Assembly (NCBI RefSeq): GCF_000025945.1
Contig: NC_006138.1
Location: 3,390,001 to 3,422,000 of the forward strand
Direction: 5' to 3'
Length of the DNA: 32,000 nucleotides
Origin: Desulfotalea psychrophila LSv54
GTDB taxonomy: Bacteria; Desulfobacterota; Desulfobulbia; Desulfobulbales; Desulfocapsaceae
A program made the translations under genes and the position numbers. The notes under the pieces are model-generated. The model worked only from the letters and a program-made list of their open reading frames with translations. It was not told where the DNA came from and did no database searches. The first letter of the stretch is position 1; the number at the start of each line of letters is the position of its first letter. Below are positions 7,240-16,663 of this stretch, in pieces.

Positions 7240-8310
7240 ATGAAAGTATCACGACCCTGTGTTGCCAGCATGACATGCGCTATTGCCTGCGCCTTACTAT
7301 TAAGTGGCTGCAATACCAGCAGCAAAGATGATCCCAACACCCTGTACAGCACCAAGATATCTGAGCCAATCAGCCTCAGTGCGGATAATCCCATCTGGGA
7401 CAAGGCCACTCCACTCAAAATTTCTCTGACAGAAACCCCATATAAACCGACAGGCTATAAGGGCATGCCCCAGACAAACGTTGTTCTCAAATCACTTTAT
7501 GATGAGAAAGACCTCTATATACACATGCAGTACGATGATCCGACCAAGAGCCTGGACCGATTTCCCTGGATCAAGCAGAAGGATGGTTCCTGGCAGCAGC
7601 TGATGAACAAGGATCAAACCGGCCATGAAAACGACTATTACGAGGATAAGGTAGGTTTTTTCTGGAACATCAACACCCGTGGTTTTGACAAGAAGGGATG
7701 TACCATCTCCTGCCATCTCACCGTCGATGGAATGAATAACGACATCGCCGATACCTCGGCAGGCAGAAAATATACCCGCTCAGCAGACGAGACCATCGAC
7801 ATGTGGCATTGGAAATCGGTAAGAACAGGCGTCCCCTTCAACCTCTCCCACGATCAGTATGTTGACAGTGTGGCCGATCCCAAAAAGAACAAAAACTGGG
7901 GTCGTCATGGTGATGAGAAGACCAGTGGTGGTTACACCAACAACCAGACAAAAGACAAAACAATGCCCGCCTATATGAGCAAGACCCCCGGCGACACCAG
8001 AACCTATCTCATCGATAACGAAAAAACCGCCTTTGTCGACCACTTCAAAACAGGCGATATGGTTCCCGGCATTATTGTGGAGAAGATGACCGGCTCGGCG
8101 GCAGATATCCAGACAAGCCAGGAGTATAAAAACGGTCAATGGACCCTGGTCTTTAAGCGTAGCCTCACAACCAATCACCCCAAGTCGGCCAGTCAGGATG
8201 TCCAGTTTAAGGACCTGAAAACGCCCTACTATTTTGGTATTGCCGTGTTTGATAACAGCCAGATAAACCACGTTTACCATGAGGGAAGCATAAAGCTTCA
8301 GTTTAAATAG
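7240..8310 (+). CDS. Periplasmic lipoprotein with an ethylbenzene-dehydrogenase-like (EB_dh, PF09459-type) heme-binding domain.
   Basis: AGAGGA RBS. The signal peptide ends in the lipobox LLLSGC (Cys24). The strings DKATPLKISL, LYIHMQYDD, VGFFWN and IDMWHWKSVRTG match my memory of the EB_dh family pattern. A C-T-I-S-C-H string (CX3CH, nt 7699-7716) is also present. Confidence 0.7.
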   Translation: MKVSRPCVASMTCAIACALLLSGCNTSSKDDPNTLYSTKISEPISLSADNPIWDKATPLKISLTETPYKPTGYKGMPQTNVVLKSLYDEKDLYIHMQYDDPTKSLDRFPWIKQKDGSWQQLMNKDQTGHENDYYEDKVGFFWNINTRGFDKKGCTISCHLTVDGMNNDIADTSAGRKYTRSADETIDMWHWKSVRTGVPFNLSHDQYVDSVADPKKNKNWGRHGDEKTSGGYTNNQTKDKTMPAYMSKTPGDTRTYLIDNEKTAFVDHFKTGDMVPGIIVEKMTGSAADIQTSQEYKNGQWTLVFKRSLTTNHPKSASQDVQFKDLKTPYYFGIAVFDNSQINHVYHEGSIKLQFK

Positions 8311-8320
8311 GAGGTGGCCT

Positions 8321-9031
8321 GTGACTATCCAACAACTCAATACCCAGGCAAAGATAGCCATTTCGCTGTTTTTGCTCTTTATCATAACGGCGACATGCTC
8401 CTCCGTTATCCTCCTGAGCCTTGAGCTCAGCGGCGAAACATCCGGCTTGAAGATACCGACAATCAGTCAAATCAAAAGCAAGTACAGCAGTCCCGAACTG
8501 GTTGCCTCCATGCGAGGGGGAATGTATGAGCATGTAACAGCGGATGAAGATATTGATCTGGTGGATCAGTGGATCAGAGATGGTGCCAGCCGTGAGGATG
8601 CATCATATAAGGCGGTGGCAAAAATCATAAAGCTTGATTGCGTCAACTGCCACAGTAAAGGGTCCACCATGTCACAGGCAATCCCCTCCCTACCCCTTGA
8701 GACCTATGAACAGATCCTGGCCCACACAGAGTCCGGTTACTCCTGGTCGAAGATGTCTAAACAGGCGCATATCCATATGTTTGGCATAGCTATGTTCCTT
8801 ATCACCTTAACCCTCATCTTCTCCTACACCAGCTACAGCAATAGTATAAAGAACACCCTTATCCTCACCTCCTTCGGTGGGGCCTTTCTGGATATTTTTT
8901 CCTGGTGGTTCTCTAAATACTATACGGGTTTGGTCTATCTTATCTTCGGCATGGGTGGACTTATGATCGCCTCCATCCTCCTTATGTCGTTCCTTATTCT
9001 GATAAATATCTGGCAGAAGCAGAGAGACTAA
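8321..9031 (+). CDS. Membrane protein with one N-terminal TM segment, a periplasmic CxxCH (heme c) motif and about 3 C-terminal TM segments. It is probably co-transcribed with 7240..8310.
   Basis: AGGAGG precedes the GTG at 8321, 10 nt after the upstream stop. CVNCH lies at aa 107-111 (nt 8639-8653). Hydrophobic stretches are AISLFLLFIITATCSSVILLSL, FGIAMFLITLTLIF, LILTSFGGAFLDIFSWWF and LIFGMGGLMIASILLMSFLILINI. Confidence 0.7.
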   Translation: MTIQQLNTQAKIAISLFLLFIITATCSSVILLSLELSGETSGLKIPTISQIKSKYSSPELVASMRGGMYEHVTADEDIDLVDQWIRDGASREDASYKAVAKIIKLDCVNCHSKGSTMSQAIPSLPLETYEQILAHTESGYSWSKMSKQAHIHMFGIAMFLITLTLIFSYTSYSNSIKNTLILTSFGGAFLDIFSWWFSKYYTGLVYLIFGMGGLMIASILLMSFLILINIWQKQRD

Positions 9032-9048
9032 CTATTTTAAAAGCACAT

Positions 9049-9086
9049 AAAAAAGGCAACCGGTACCACAGGTTGCCTTTTTTTTG
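9049..9086. terminator. Bidirectional rho-independent terminator between convergent genes.
   Basis: AAGGCAACC (9053-9061) pairs with GGTTGCCTT (9071-9079). An A-run lies on the left and a T-run (9078-9085) on the right. Confidence 0.8.
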
Positions 9087-9120
9087 TCCCCGCCAGGGGA
9101 GACCCTTCAGCTATAGCTAC

Positions 9121-10584
9121 CTACTCCTCAAGTTCGGACACGGGCAGACCCAAGGCCATGGCAACCCCCTCGCCATAGGCCCTATCGGCCTTTTGGCAGT
9201 TAGAGGCATGACGCATCTTGATTGCCCGAGGGGCATCGCCTAAGGCCCTTGCCGTGTTCTCAAAGAGCACCTTTTTTTGTTCAGCAGTCATAAGCCTGAA
9301 TAGATTGCCGGGTTGAGAGTAGTAGTCATCGCTATCCTCTCGATGATTCCAATGGTCAGCCGCCCCTTCAAGAGTGAGGGGTGGTTCTTTAAACTCAGGC
9401 TGTTCCCGCCACTCACCATAACTATTAGGTTCATAGCCACGGGTTCCCCCATAATTCCCATCGACTCGCATGGCCCCATCCCGATGAAATGAGTGAAATG
9501 GACATCTGGCCCTGTTTACCGGGATGAGATGGTGGTTAACCCCAAGACGATATCGCTGGGCATCACCATAGGAGAAGAGCCTACCCTGCAACATCTTATC
9601 GGGAGAAAAGCCGATGCCCGGGACAATATTGGCCGGATTAAAGGCCGCCTGCTCTACTTCGGCAAAATAGTTCTCGGGATTCTTGTTCAGCTCCATAATG
9701 CCTACGTCAATGAGTGGATAATCGTCATGCGGCCATACCTTGGTCAGATCAAAGGGATTAAAGGGAAAATTTGCGGCCTCCTTTTCAGGCACCACCTGAA
9801 TCTGCATCTTCCAACTGGGAAATTCATGATTATCAATGGCCTCCAAGAGATCACGCTGATGGCTCTCCCGATCCCTGCCAACCAGTTTTTCCGCCTCCTC
9901 ATCACTGAGGGTCTTAATGCCCTGCTGGGTTTTAAAGTGGAATTTGACCCAGAATCGTTCATTGTTCTCATTGAGAAGACTATAGGTATGGCTGCCATAT
10001 CCATTCATATGTCGATAGGAGAGGGGAATACCCCGATCACTCATTGTTATGGTGACCTGATGAAGTGCCTCCGGCAGCGATGACCAGTAGTCCCAATTAT
10101 TGGCGGCACTGCGCATATTGGTGCGGGGATCACGCTTGACGGCGTGGTTCAAGTCTGGAAACTTGAGAGGATCTTTCAGGAAGAAGACCGGCGTATTATT
10201 ACCGACCAGATCCCAGTTGCCCTCTTCGGTATAAAACTTCATGGCAAAGCCCCGAATATCCCGTTCGGCATCGGCTGCCCCCCTCTCTCCTGCCACCGTG
10301 GAAAAACGAACAAAGAGATCAGTCGTCTTCCCTATCTCTGCGAATATTTTTGCCTTGGTATAGGCCCTGATATCATCGGTAACGGTAAAGGTTCCGTAGG
10401 CACCAGATCCCTTGGCATGCATTCGCCTTTCAGGAATGACCTCCCGGTCAAAATGGGCAAGTTTCTCCATAAACCAGACATCCTGGAGCAGCAGAGGCCC
10501 ACGAGGTCCTGCTGTCATAACATTTTGATTGTCTACAACAGGCGCACCGTTGTTGCCTGTTAATTTATCTTTCTCATCCTTCAT
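9121..10584 (-). CDS. katA: Monofunctional heme catalase (small-subunit, clade 3-like).
   Basis: The 487-aa translation carries hallmark catalase strings: [81 protein letters not shown] and [15 protein letters not shown]. Confidence 0.97.
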   Translation of the reverse strand: MKDEKDKLTGNNGAPVVDNQNVMTAGPRGPLLLQDVWFMEKLAHFDREVIPERRMHAKGSGAYGTFTVTDDIRAYTKAKIFAEIGKTTDLFVRFSTVAGERGAADAERDIRGFAMKFYTEEGNWDLVGNNTPVFFLKDPLKFPDLNHAVKRDPRTNMRSAANNWDYWSSLPEALHQVTITMSDRGIPLSYRHMNGYGSHTYSLLNENNERFWVKFHFKTQQGIKTLSDEEAEKLVGRDRESHQRDLLEAIDNHEFPSWKMQIQVVPEKEAANFPFNPFDLTKVWPHDDYPLIDVGIMELNKNPENYFAEVEQAAFNPANIVPGIGFSPDKMLQGRLFSYGDAQRYRLGVNHHLIPVNRARCPFHSFHRDGAMRVDGNYGGTRGYEPNSYGEWREQPEFKEPPLTLEGAADHWNHREDSDDYYSQPGNLFRLMTAEQKKVLFENTARALGDAPRAIKMRHASNCQKADRAYGEGVAMALGLPVSELEE

Positions 10585-10937
10585 AACAGCTCTCCTTGGC
10601 TTAGGGGTACGGTTTTACAAGAGGGGACTCCTTTAGTTCAATGTTCATGCCAGATTCGATCACCCGACATCGACCCACCTTAAGAGTATCAAAAGCCCTA
10701 CCACAATAAAAGCGTTGGGGGGCAAAGAACTCATCCCCAAAAACAAGGCCTTACTCACAGACATGTTGCACTTGCCATTTGAATTCACCGCCACCAGGCA
10801 ATAAACTGAACCAAGCGCATCAGCCCCTTTTCCCATGAGCGAGCAGAACAGGCTCAGTCAGGGGAAATGGGCCGCGCAGGAGGGTACCGTTAAAGGAAGA
10901 ACGATTTACAGAGTCTTAAACCTCAAGGAGCTCAGAT

Positions 10938-11690
10938 ATGGCAAGAGAAGGTAATAAAAATCAGGCAGTCTATTTCTTCGGGACCTGCCTTGGCGATATG
11001 ATGTACGCAGACTCGGCAATGGCAGCCATACACCTCATTGAAAGGGAAGGGTATCAGGTGGTTTTCCCCATGGAGCAAGCCTGTTGCGGACAGCCTGCCT
11101 ACAACTCAGGTTTTATAGAAGAGGCGCGGGAGGTAGCCTGGAAACAGGTGGAGGTTTTTTCAAAGCATGACTATCCAATCGTTGTGCCCTCGGGATCATG
11201 TGCCGGAATGATGAAAATTCATTACCCTCAGTTATTTCAAGACTCAGACAAATTATTCGAAGTTAAGAGATTCAGTGAACGAATCGTAGAGCTTACAACA
11301 TTTTTACACCAAGCAGCCGGGGCGCAATATATTGACAGAGGAGAACAGATAAAAATAACCTGGCACTCCTCATGCCATGCAATGCGGGAGGCGCAGTGCA
11401 TTGAAGATTCCAAGGCCCTGCTTGCCCAGCTGGCCAATGTGGAGCTGGTAGAGCTTAAGCGAGAGCATGAATGCTGTGGTTTTGGCGGCACCTTCTCTAT
11501 TAAGCAGCCATTAATTTCCGGAGCAATGGTTGCTGATAAGGTAGCAGATGTAGTTGCAACGGGAGCCTCTGCTGTTATCAGTGGTGATGCCGGCTGCCTG
11601 CTGAACATTACCGGCAAAATGGAAAAAGAAAATATAAAGATACCCGGTATTCATATAGCTGAATTTATTTGGGGGCGAATCAATGGCTAG
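10938..11690 (+). CDS. lutA: Lactate utilization protein A, an (Fe-S)-binding CCG-domain oxidoreductase.
   Basis: AAGGAG RBS. The product has YFFGTCLGDMMY...CCGQPAYNSGF plus a second CCG motif (ECCGFGGTF). The gene order lutA-lutB-lutC has overlapping stops and starts. Confidence 0.9.
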   Translation: MAREGNKNQAVYFFGTCLGDMMYADSAMAAIHLIEREGYQVVFPMEQACCGQPAYNSGFIEEAREVAWKQVEVFSKHDYPIVVPSGSCAGMMKIHYPQLFQDSDKLFEVKRFSERIVELTTFLHQAAGAQYIDRGEQIKITWHSSCHAMREAQCIEDSKALLAQLANVELVELKREHECCGFGGTFSIKQPLISGAMVADKVADVVATGASAVISGDAGCLLNITGKMEKENIKIPGIHIAEFIWGRING

Positions 11691-13113
11691 CACATCAGAA
11701 TTTGACTTTAACAAAAATATAGCAGAGGCATTGGCAGACACTGAACTACGGGCCAACTTCCGGGCTGCAACGGATACCTTACTTGCCAAACGCAAGACAA
11801 TATTTTCCTCTCCGGAAGAGACTGAACACCTGCGTGATGTGGGCAGTTTAATGAAAAAAAATGTTATCGGCAAGCTCCCACAGCTGCTTGAGAAATTCGA
11901 GAAACAGTGCATTAAAAACGGCATAATAGTGCACTGGGCAGAGACAGCCCTTGAGTCCAACGAACTTATCCTTGGCATCCTCGATGAACATTCGGTAACC
12001 AAGGTCATTAAGGGTAAGTCAATGACCACAGAAGAGACTCATCTCAATGCCTATCTTGAAAAGCATGGCAAAGAGATAATAGAAACTGACTTTGGCGAAT
12101 TCATCCTCCAGCTTAACAATGAGCCACCATCACATATTATTGTTCCTGCGGTACACAAGAACAGAAAACAGATCGCCAGAGTATTGGCCGATAATCTACC
12201 CGACATGGAGTACACCGAGGATGTCGGCGTCATGCTCACCAAGGTACGCAGCACCCTGCGCAGCCATTACCAGACTGCTGATGCCGGAATATCCGGAGTC
12301 AACTTTGGCATAGCCGAAACAGGCACCCTATGCCTGGTGGAGAATGAGGGCAACGGACGCATGTGTACAACGGTGCCCGACTTACATATTGCCCTGATGG
12401 GAGTAGAAAAAATCGTTGAAAATCTGGCGGACATCCCTGCCCTGTACCGCCTGCTCTGCGGTTCCGCCACCGGCCAGCGCATCACCACATATTTCAACAT
12501 GATATCCGGCCCACGTAAGAAAGACGAACGGGACGGCCCCCGAGAGGTACATCTTGTTCTCTTAGACAACGGTCGTTCCCGGATAATGAATGATCCGCAG
12601 TTAAGCGAGTCACTGAAATGTATTCGCTGTGGCACCTGCCTGAACCACTGCCCCGTCTTTACCCGTATTGGCGGGCATGCCTATGGCTCAGCATACCCCG
12701 GCCCCATTGGCACAATACTTACGCCACAACTGGAAGGGCTCAATCCCAAAGGTGCTCTGGCTACAGCCTCATCACTCTGCAATGCATGCGCTGAAGTATG
12801 CCCGGTGAAGATTCCCATCCCGGAAATTATTCGCAGAATACGCGACGAAAGTTACGGCAATGGTGATCTCTTAAAAATTGGAGGAAATGGCTACAAGAAA
12901 AATCTAATTGAGACAGTGACCTGGAAGGCCTGGAAAATTGCCCAGGTTAACCCTGTTATAAATAAGACAATGCTTTGGTTCTTAACTACCTTTGGCAACA
13001 AGTTGCCAAAGGTAGGGCCACTCAAGGCATGGACCAGTGTCCGCACTGCACCGAAATTCGGCAAACAGAGCCTTAAGGATCGGGTAAAAAAGGAAGGTAT
13101 TCGTCATGAGTAG
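11683..13113 (+). CDS. lutB: Lactate utilization protein B, an iron-sulfur cluster-binding protein with a LUD domain.
   Basis: Ferredoxin-type CIRCGTCLNHCPV and CNACAEVCPV motifs are present. The ATG overlaps the lutA stop by 8 nt. Confidence 0.9.
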   Translation: MASTSEFDFNKNIAEALADTELRANFRAATDTLLAKRKTIFSSPEETEHLRDVGSLMKKNVIGKLPQLLEKFEKQCIKNGIIVHWAETALESNELILGILDEHSVTKVIKGKSMTTEETHLNAYLEKHGKEIIETDFGEFILQLNNEPPSHIIVPAVHKNRKQIARVLADNLPDMEYTEDVGVMLTKVRSTLRSHYQTADAGISGVNFGIAETGTLCLVENEGNGRMCTTVPDLHIALMGVEKIVENLADIPALYRLLCGSATGQRITTYFNMISGPRKKDERDGPREVHLVLLDNGRSRIMNDPQLSESLKCIRCGTCLNHCPVFTRIGGHAYGSAYPGPIGTILTPQLEGLNPKGALATASSLCNACAEVCPVKIPIPEIIRRIRDESYGNGDLLKIGGNGYKKNLIETVTWKAWKIAQVNPVINKTMLWFLTTFGNKLPKVGPLKAWTSVRTAPKFGKQSLKDRVKKEGIRHE

Positions 13114-13768
13114 CACTAATAGTCGTGAACAGATCATGGGCCGTCTCTACAATGCGCAGAAGTATGGCACTGACGCCTATCTCCCCGAAAAAAAAGAGTG
13201 GTCAATTGAAAACTGGTCTAGAGATCAGTGTATTGCCAAATTTACCGAATACATGAGCGCGGTGCAGACAGAGGTTTTTAGAGTGGGAGGAGATGCATGG
13301 GTAGATGAACTTAATCTGCTCTTCAAGGAGCGCGGAATTTCAAACATGCTCTACGCGCCCGCAACAGATATTGGCAAGACCATTGATAAGCAGTGGCCCG
13401 CAGACAGTCCCTGCCAGCCTATTGCCTGGGACAAAGATGTGGAAGAATTTAAAGAGGAGCTCTTTGCCTATGACGCAGCCATTACAACTTGCCTTGGCGG
13501 CATTGCCGAATCAGCAGCTGTAATCCTCTGGCCAACACCTGAGGAACCGCGTCTCATGTCAATAGTACCACCACTGCATATAGTTGTAGTGGAGGCAGAT
13601 AAAATATTCACCTCATTTCAGGAGGCAATAGAAAAGCTTAACTGGAGCGAAGCAATGCCTACCAATGCCCTGCTTATTTCAGGTCCCTCGAAGACTGCTG
13701 ACATTGAGCTGATTCTGCAATTTGGGGTACATGGACCAACAGATTTTATTGTATATATCATTGACTGA
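13106..13768 (+). CDS. lutC: Lactate utilization protein C (LUD domain).
   Basis: A 220-aa ORF overlapping the lutB stop by 8 nt, with the size and position typical of lutC. Confidence 0.8.
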   Translation: MSSTNSREQIMGRLYNAQKYGTDAYLPEKKEWSIENWSRDQCIAKFTEYMSAVQTEVFRVGGDAWVDELNLLFKERGISNMLYAPATDIGKTIDKQWPADSPCQPIAWDKDVEEFKEELFAYDAAITTCLGGIAESAAVILWPTPEEPRLMSIVPPLHIVVVEADKIFTSFQEAIEKLNWSEAMPTNALLISGPSKTADIELILQFGVHGPTDFIVYIID

Positions 13769-13835
13769 TATCTGGCTATTGGATTCAGTAAAGCAGGGAC
13801 TCGGACGCCCTTAGCAGAAGGGGTGGCAGGATGGG

Positions 13836-13877
13836 CAAAAAAAAAGGAGTTACAGCAAATTGCTGTAACTCCTTTTT
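13836..13877. terminator. Bidirectional terminator shared by lutC (+) and tRNA-Arg copy 2 (-).
   Basis: GGAGTTACAGCA (13846-13857) pairs with TGCTGTAACTCC (13861-13872). An A9 run lies on the left and T5 on the right. It is paralogous to the hairpin at 6229-6255, with the same ACAGCAAATTGCTGT core and compensatory changes in the outer stem. Confidence 0.8.
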
Positions 13878-13882
13878 ACAAG

Positions 13883-13959
13883 TGGTGCACCAGGCAGGAT
13901 TCGAACCTGCGACTCCTTGATTCGTAGTCAAGTACTCTATCCAGCTGAGCTACTGGTGC
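13883..13959 (-). tRNA. tRNA-Arg (anticodon ACG), second copy, identical over all 77 nt to 6266..6342.
   Basis: A base-by-base comparison of the two 77-nt strings shows no difference. Confidence 0.95.
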
Positions 13960-13974
13960 GCTCAAGACGTTGCC

Positions 13975-14003
13975 TTTTTACCCCGTTGGGGAGACAAAGG
14001 CAA
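13975..14003 (-). promoter_or_regulatory. Candidate sigma70 promoter of tRNA-Arg copy 2.
   Basis: The minus strand reads TTGCCT - 17 nt - TAAAAA, the same architecture as at 6357-6385. Confidence 0.5.
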
Positions 14004-14011
14004 GGACTTTT

Positions 14012-16663
14012 TTACACTTCTTTCTCTTTTTCTGCCCGATGGAAGACTATCTCGTTCTCCGCAGGCTTAAAACGAGACTCAACGACGATCATAATCTCAA
14101 CCTCATTATTATTTTCCATCTCAGTAATCTCCTGGCGCTTATTGTTCAGCAGATAAGAGGCCACATCCAAAGGAAAATGACATTCGATTTTAACCACGGG
14201 TTTACGGCTGGCACCCGTTTGAATGCGGCGCAGATAAAAGAGGGCAAGGGTTTCAACGGCTCGAACTATTCCACGTCCCTTACAGTGCTGACAGACACGA
14301 TAGGCACCTGCCTCAATGGGTGAGCCAAGCTTTTGCCGAGATATCTGCATCAAACCGAACTTAGAGATTCTGGTAAAGTCCACCTTGGCCTTATCCCGCT
14401 TCATGGCAATCTTCACCTGTTTTTCCACAGCATTGATATGCTTCTTATTGCGCATATCAATAAAATCGACAACAACAAGTCCACCAAGATCACGCAGTCG
14501 CAGCTGACGGGCAAACTCGGACGCGGCCTCCATGTTGGCCTGAAAAATAGACTCGTCAAAGTTCTTACCCTTTGAGGTAGAGCCGGAGTTCACATCAATT
14601 GCCACCAAGGCCTCGGTGGGATCGATAACAATGGAACCGCCCGAAGGAAGACTCACCTGAGGTTGATAGATAGACTCTATCTGATCTTCAACGCTGAACT
14701 GGTTAAAAATAGGGCGACTACCCTTATGGAGACGCACCTTCACATTTTGCTGATTGGCAGGGAGCATGCTGACAAACTCATTCACCTGCTCAAGGGCAAG
14801 CGGGGCATCCACCAGGATCTCCTGAATAGAGGGATCATAGTGCTCGCGCAGAAAACGCATAACACTTCGATGATCCTCATAGATCAAACCAACATCTTTA
14901 ATTTCCTGCCCCTTCTCCCGAACATCTTCCCATAATTTAAGCAGGTAGGTTACATCACGGGCTAGGGCCTCTTCATTAATATCAACACTTGCCGTTCGAA
15001 CAATCCAACCTGTACCTTCCGGAATGCCCAAAGAGCGCATGGTGTCACGTAGCTGGGAGCGACGCTCTTCACCCACTATCTTGCGGGAAATACCAGCAGA
15101 ATCAGAGCCAGGCATTAAAACAACACATCTACCTGGTAGCGAGAGATAGGTGGTCATATTGGCACCCTTCTTACCCACCTCCTCCTTAACTACCTGCACC
15201 AGCAGTTCCTGACCGCGTGCCATCACGTCTTCGATCTTCAGACGTCTCCAACGACGCTCTTCAACATTCTTGCGCGCACTCTCACTCAAATCAGCCCTAT
15301 AATATTCAGGATGAATCTCGCTAAAGGGGAGAAAACCATTTTTTACCGTACCATAATCAACAAAGGCTGCCTGCAGGTTAGCTTCAACGGCAACGACCTT
15401 AGCCTTATAGATATTGTTTTTGGTTTGAGCCCGGGTAACCGTTGAGACATGAATAGACTCAAGACGACCATCCTCCAACAGGGCCAGACGACACTCCTCC
15501 GGTTCCTCTGCATTGATAAGAAGACGGACATTTTTAGACTTTTCGAGACCGGTAAAAACTATATCATCATCCCGTTTTGCCTTGCGAGAACCAGAGCCAA
15601 AATCATCGTCTGCTACCTGAGGCGCTACCTGAGGAGCTACCTGAGCAGCCACCTCAGCAGTTGCCACGGGGGCGTCCTTAGCCACAGCCTCTTGCTCATC
15701 TGTTGCGGGACGTCTCTTCCTTGGACGGCGTGAGCGCCTACGATTAGGGCCTTTGCTCGCCTTTTCATCCTTCTCCTCACCACTGCTCGCTTCAGCCGCC
15801 ACAGCTTTTTCAGACACTGGGGCTGGATCCATCGGCGCTTTCTCTGCCACGGAATCAGTTTCCGGTCTGGCGCTTGTTTTTTTATTGGAACGGGAACGAC
15901 GACGGGCAGGTCTTTTCTTAGGGGCTACTTCGCTCTCAGGGGCAGGGCTTTCAGCTGAACTTACAGGGGCTTTCTCGACATCTTGTACAGGCTTCTCGCC
16001 ACTTTTGGCTTCTACAGCCTTTTTTGCTGGCTCCGAAGCAACCTTAGCCTCTTCCGAGCTGGCCTTGGCGACCGGCCTGGCAGGACGAGTTGCTCTCTTC
16101 TTTCTTGCCGGAGGCTTAGGTGCAGATTCCTTTGCTACAGGTGCTTTTTGCTCCACTGCGCCACCTACCACCTTTTCAGCAACCTCAACAGCCTTCGCAG
16201 GCTTGGTGGTCTTAGCGGGCTTGGCGGGTTCAGCGACCTTAGTAGCCCCAGCGGACTTAGCAGGCTTAGCGGGCTTAGCGGGCTTAGCAGGCTTAGCAGA
16301 TTCAGCGACCTTAGCAGGCTTAGCGGCCTTAGCAGGCTTAGCCGTTTCAGCGGCCTTAGCAGGCTTAGCGGGTTTAGCGGGTTTAGCGGTTTGAGCGGCT
16401 TCAGCGGCCTTAGCAGGCTTAGCGGCCTTAACAGGCTTAGCGGCTTGAGCGGGTTTGGCAGGTTTAGTGGGTTGAACAGCCTCAGGAGAAGGAGTCTTAA
16501 CCTGACTGCTCACCTTTTTGGCAGCAACAGGGGCCTTTGCCTCTGTTTCCACCTTACTCTTCCACCATGCACCGGTGCTCGCCTTAATCTTCAGCTTAGA
16601 TTTTGCCTCATTTCCTTCACTTTTCTTAGACTGCGCCTCACTTCCATCATTTTTAACTGTCAT
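14012..16663 (-). CDS. rne: Ribonuclease E/G family endoribonuclease with an N-terminal low-complexity extension of about 370 aa.
   Basis: The catalytic core starts near aa 375 (LLINAEEPEECRLALLEDGRLESIHV). It includes an S1 domain (NIYKAKVVAVEANLQAAFVDYG), the strings IDVNSGS and LGGLVVVDFIDM, and a Zn-link CQHCKGRG near the C-terminus. The N-terminus is rich in KPAKPAKAAKPAK repeats. Confidence 0.9.
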   Translation of the reverse strand: MTVKNDGSEAQSKKSEGNEAKSKLKIKASTGAWWKSKVETEAKAPVAAKKVSSQVKTPSPEAVQPTKPAKPAQAAKPVKAAKPAKAAEAAQTAKPAKPAKPAKAAETAKPAKAAKPAKVAESAKPAKPAKPAKPAKSAGATKVAEPAKPAKTTKPAKAVEVAEKVVGGAVEQKAPVAKESAPKPPARKKRATRPARPVAKASSEEAKVASEPAKKAVEAKSGEKPVQDVEKAPVSSAESPAPESEVAPKKRPARRRSRSNKKTSARPETDSVAEKAPMDPAPVSEKAVAAEASSGEEKDEKASKGPNRRRSRRPRKRRPATDEQEAVAKDAPVATAEVAAQVAPQVAPQVADDDFGSGSRKAKRDDDIVFTGLEKSKNVRLLINAEEPEECRLALLEDGRLESIHVSTVTRAQTKNNIYKAKVVAVEANLQAAFVDYGTVKNGFLPFSEIHPEYYRADLSESARKNVEERRWRRLKIEDVMARGQELLVQVVKEEVGKKGANMTTYLSLPGRCVVLMPGSDSAGISRKIVGEERRSQLRDTMRSLGIPEGTGWIVRTASVDINEEALARDVTYLLKLWEDVREKGQEIKDVGLIYEDHRSVMRFLREHYDPSIQEILVDAPLALEQVNEFVSMLPANQQNVKVRLHKGSRPIFNQFSVEDQIESIYQPQVSLPSGGSIVIDPTEALVAIDVNSGSTSKGKNFDESIFQANMEAASEFARQLRLRDLGGLVVVDFIDMRNKKHINAVEKQVKIAMKRDKAKVDFTRISKFGLMQISRQKLGSPIEAGAYRVCQHCKGRGIVRAVETLALFYLRRIQTGASRKPVVKIECHFPLDVASYLLNNKRQEITEMENNNEVEIMIVVESRFKPAENEIVFHRAEKEKEV
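16184..16486 (-). repeat. Coding low-complexity tandem repeats (GGCTTAGCG/GGCTTAGCA units on the + strand, giving PAK/AAK repeats) inside rne.
   Basis: The runs ggcttagcgggcttagcgggcttagcaggcttagc... are directly visible between ~16250 and 16450. Confidence 0.85.

Noticed and set aside
9493-10563. + strand ORFs (196 aa, 139 aa) inside the catalase locus. Similar embedded ORFs lie inside lutAB, lptD, aroA/aroE, pyrD/pyrK and selO.
   Set aside because: They lie wholly within and antisense or out of frame to genes with unambiguous family signatures. They have no independent support.
6266-13959. The two tRNA-Arg copies as attL/attR of an island carrying catalase, lutABC and the heme proteins.
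   Set aside because: Both copies are full-length genes with their own promoter and terminator, not a gene plus a 3' fragment. The intervening DNA has host-like G+C and no integrase. A cassette duplication is the simpler explanation.
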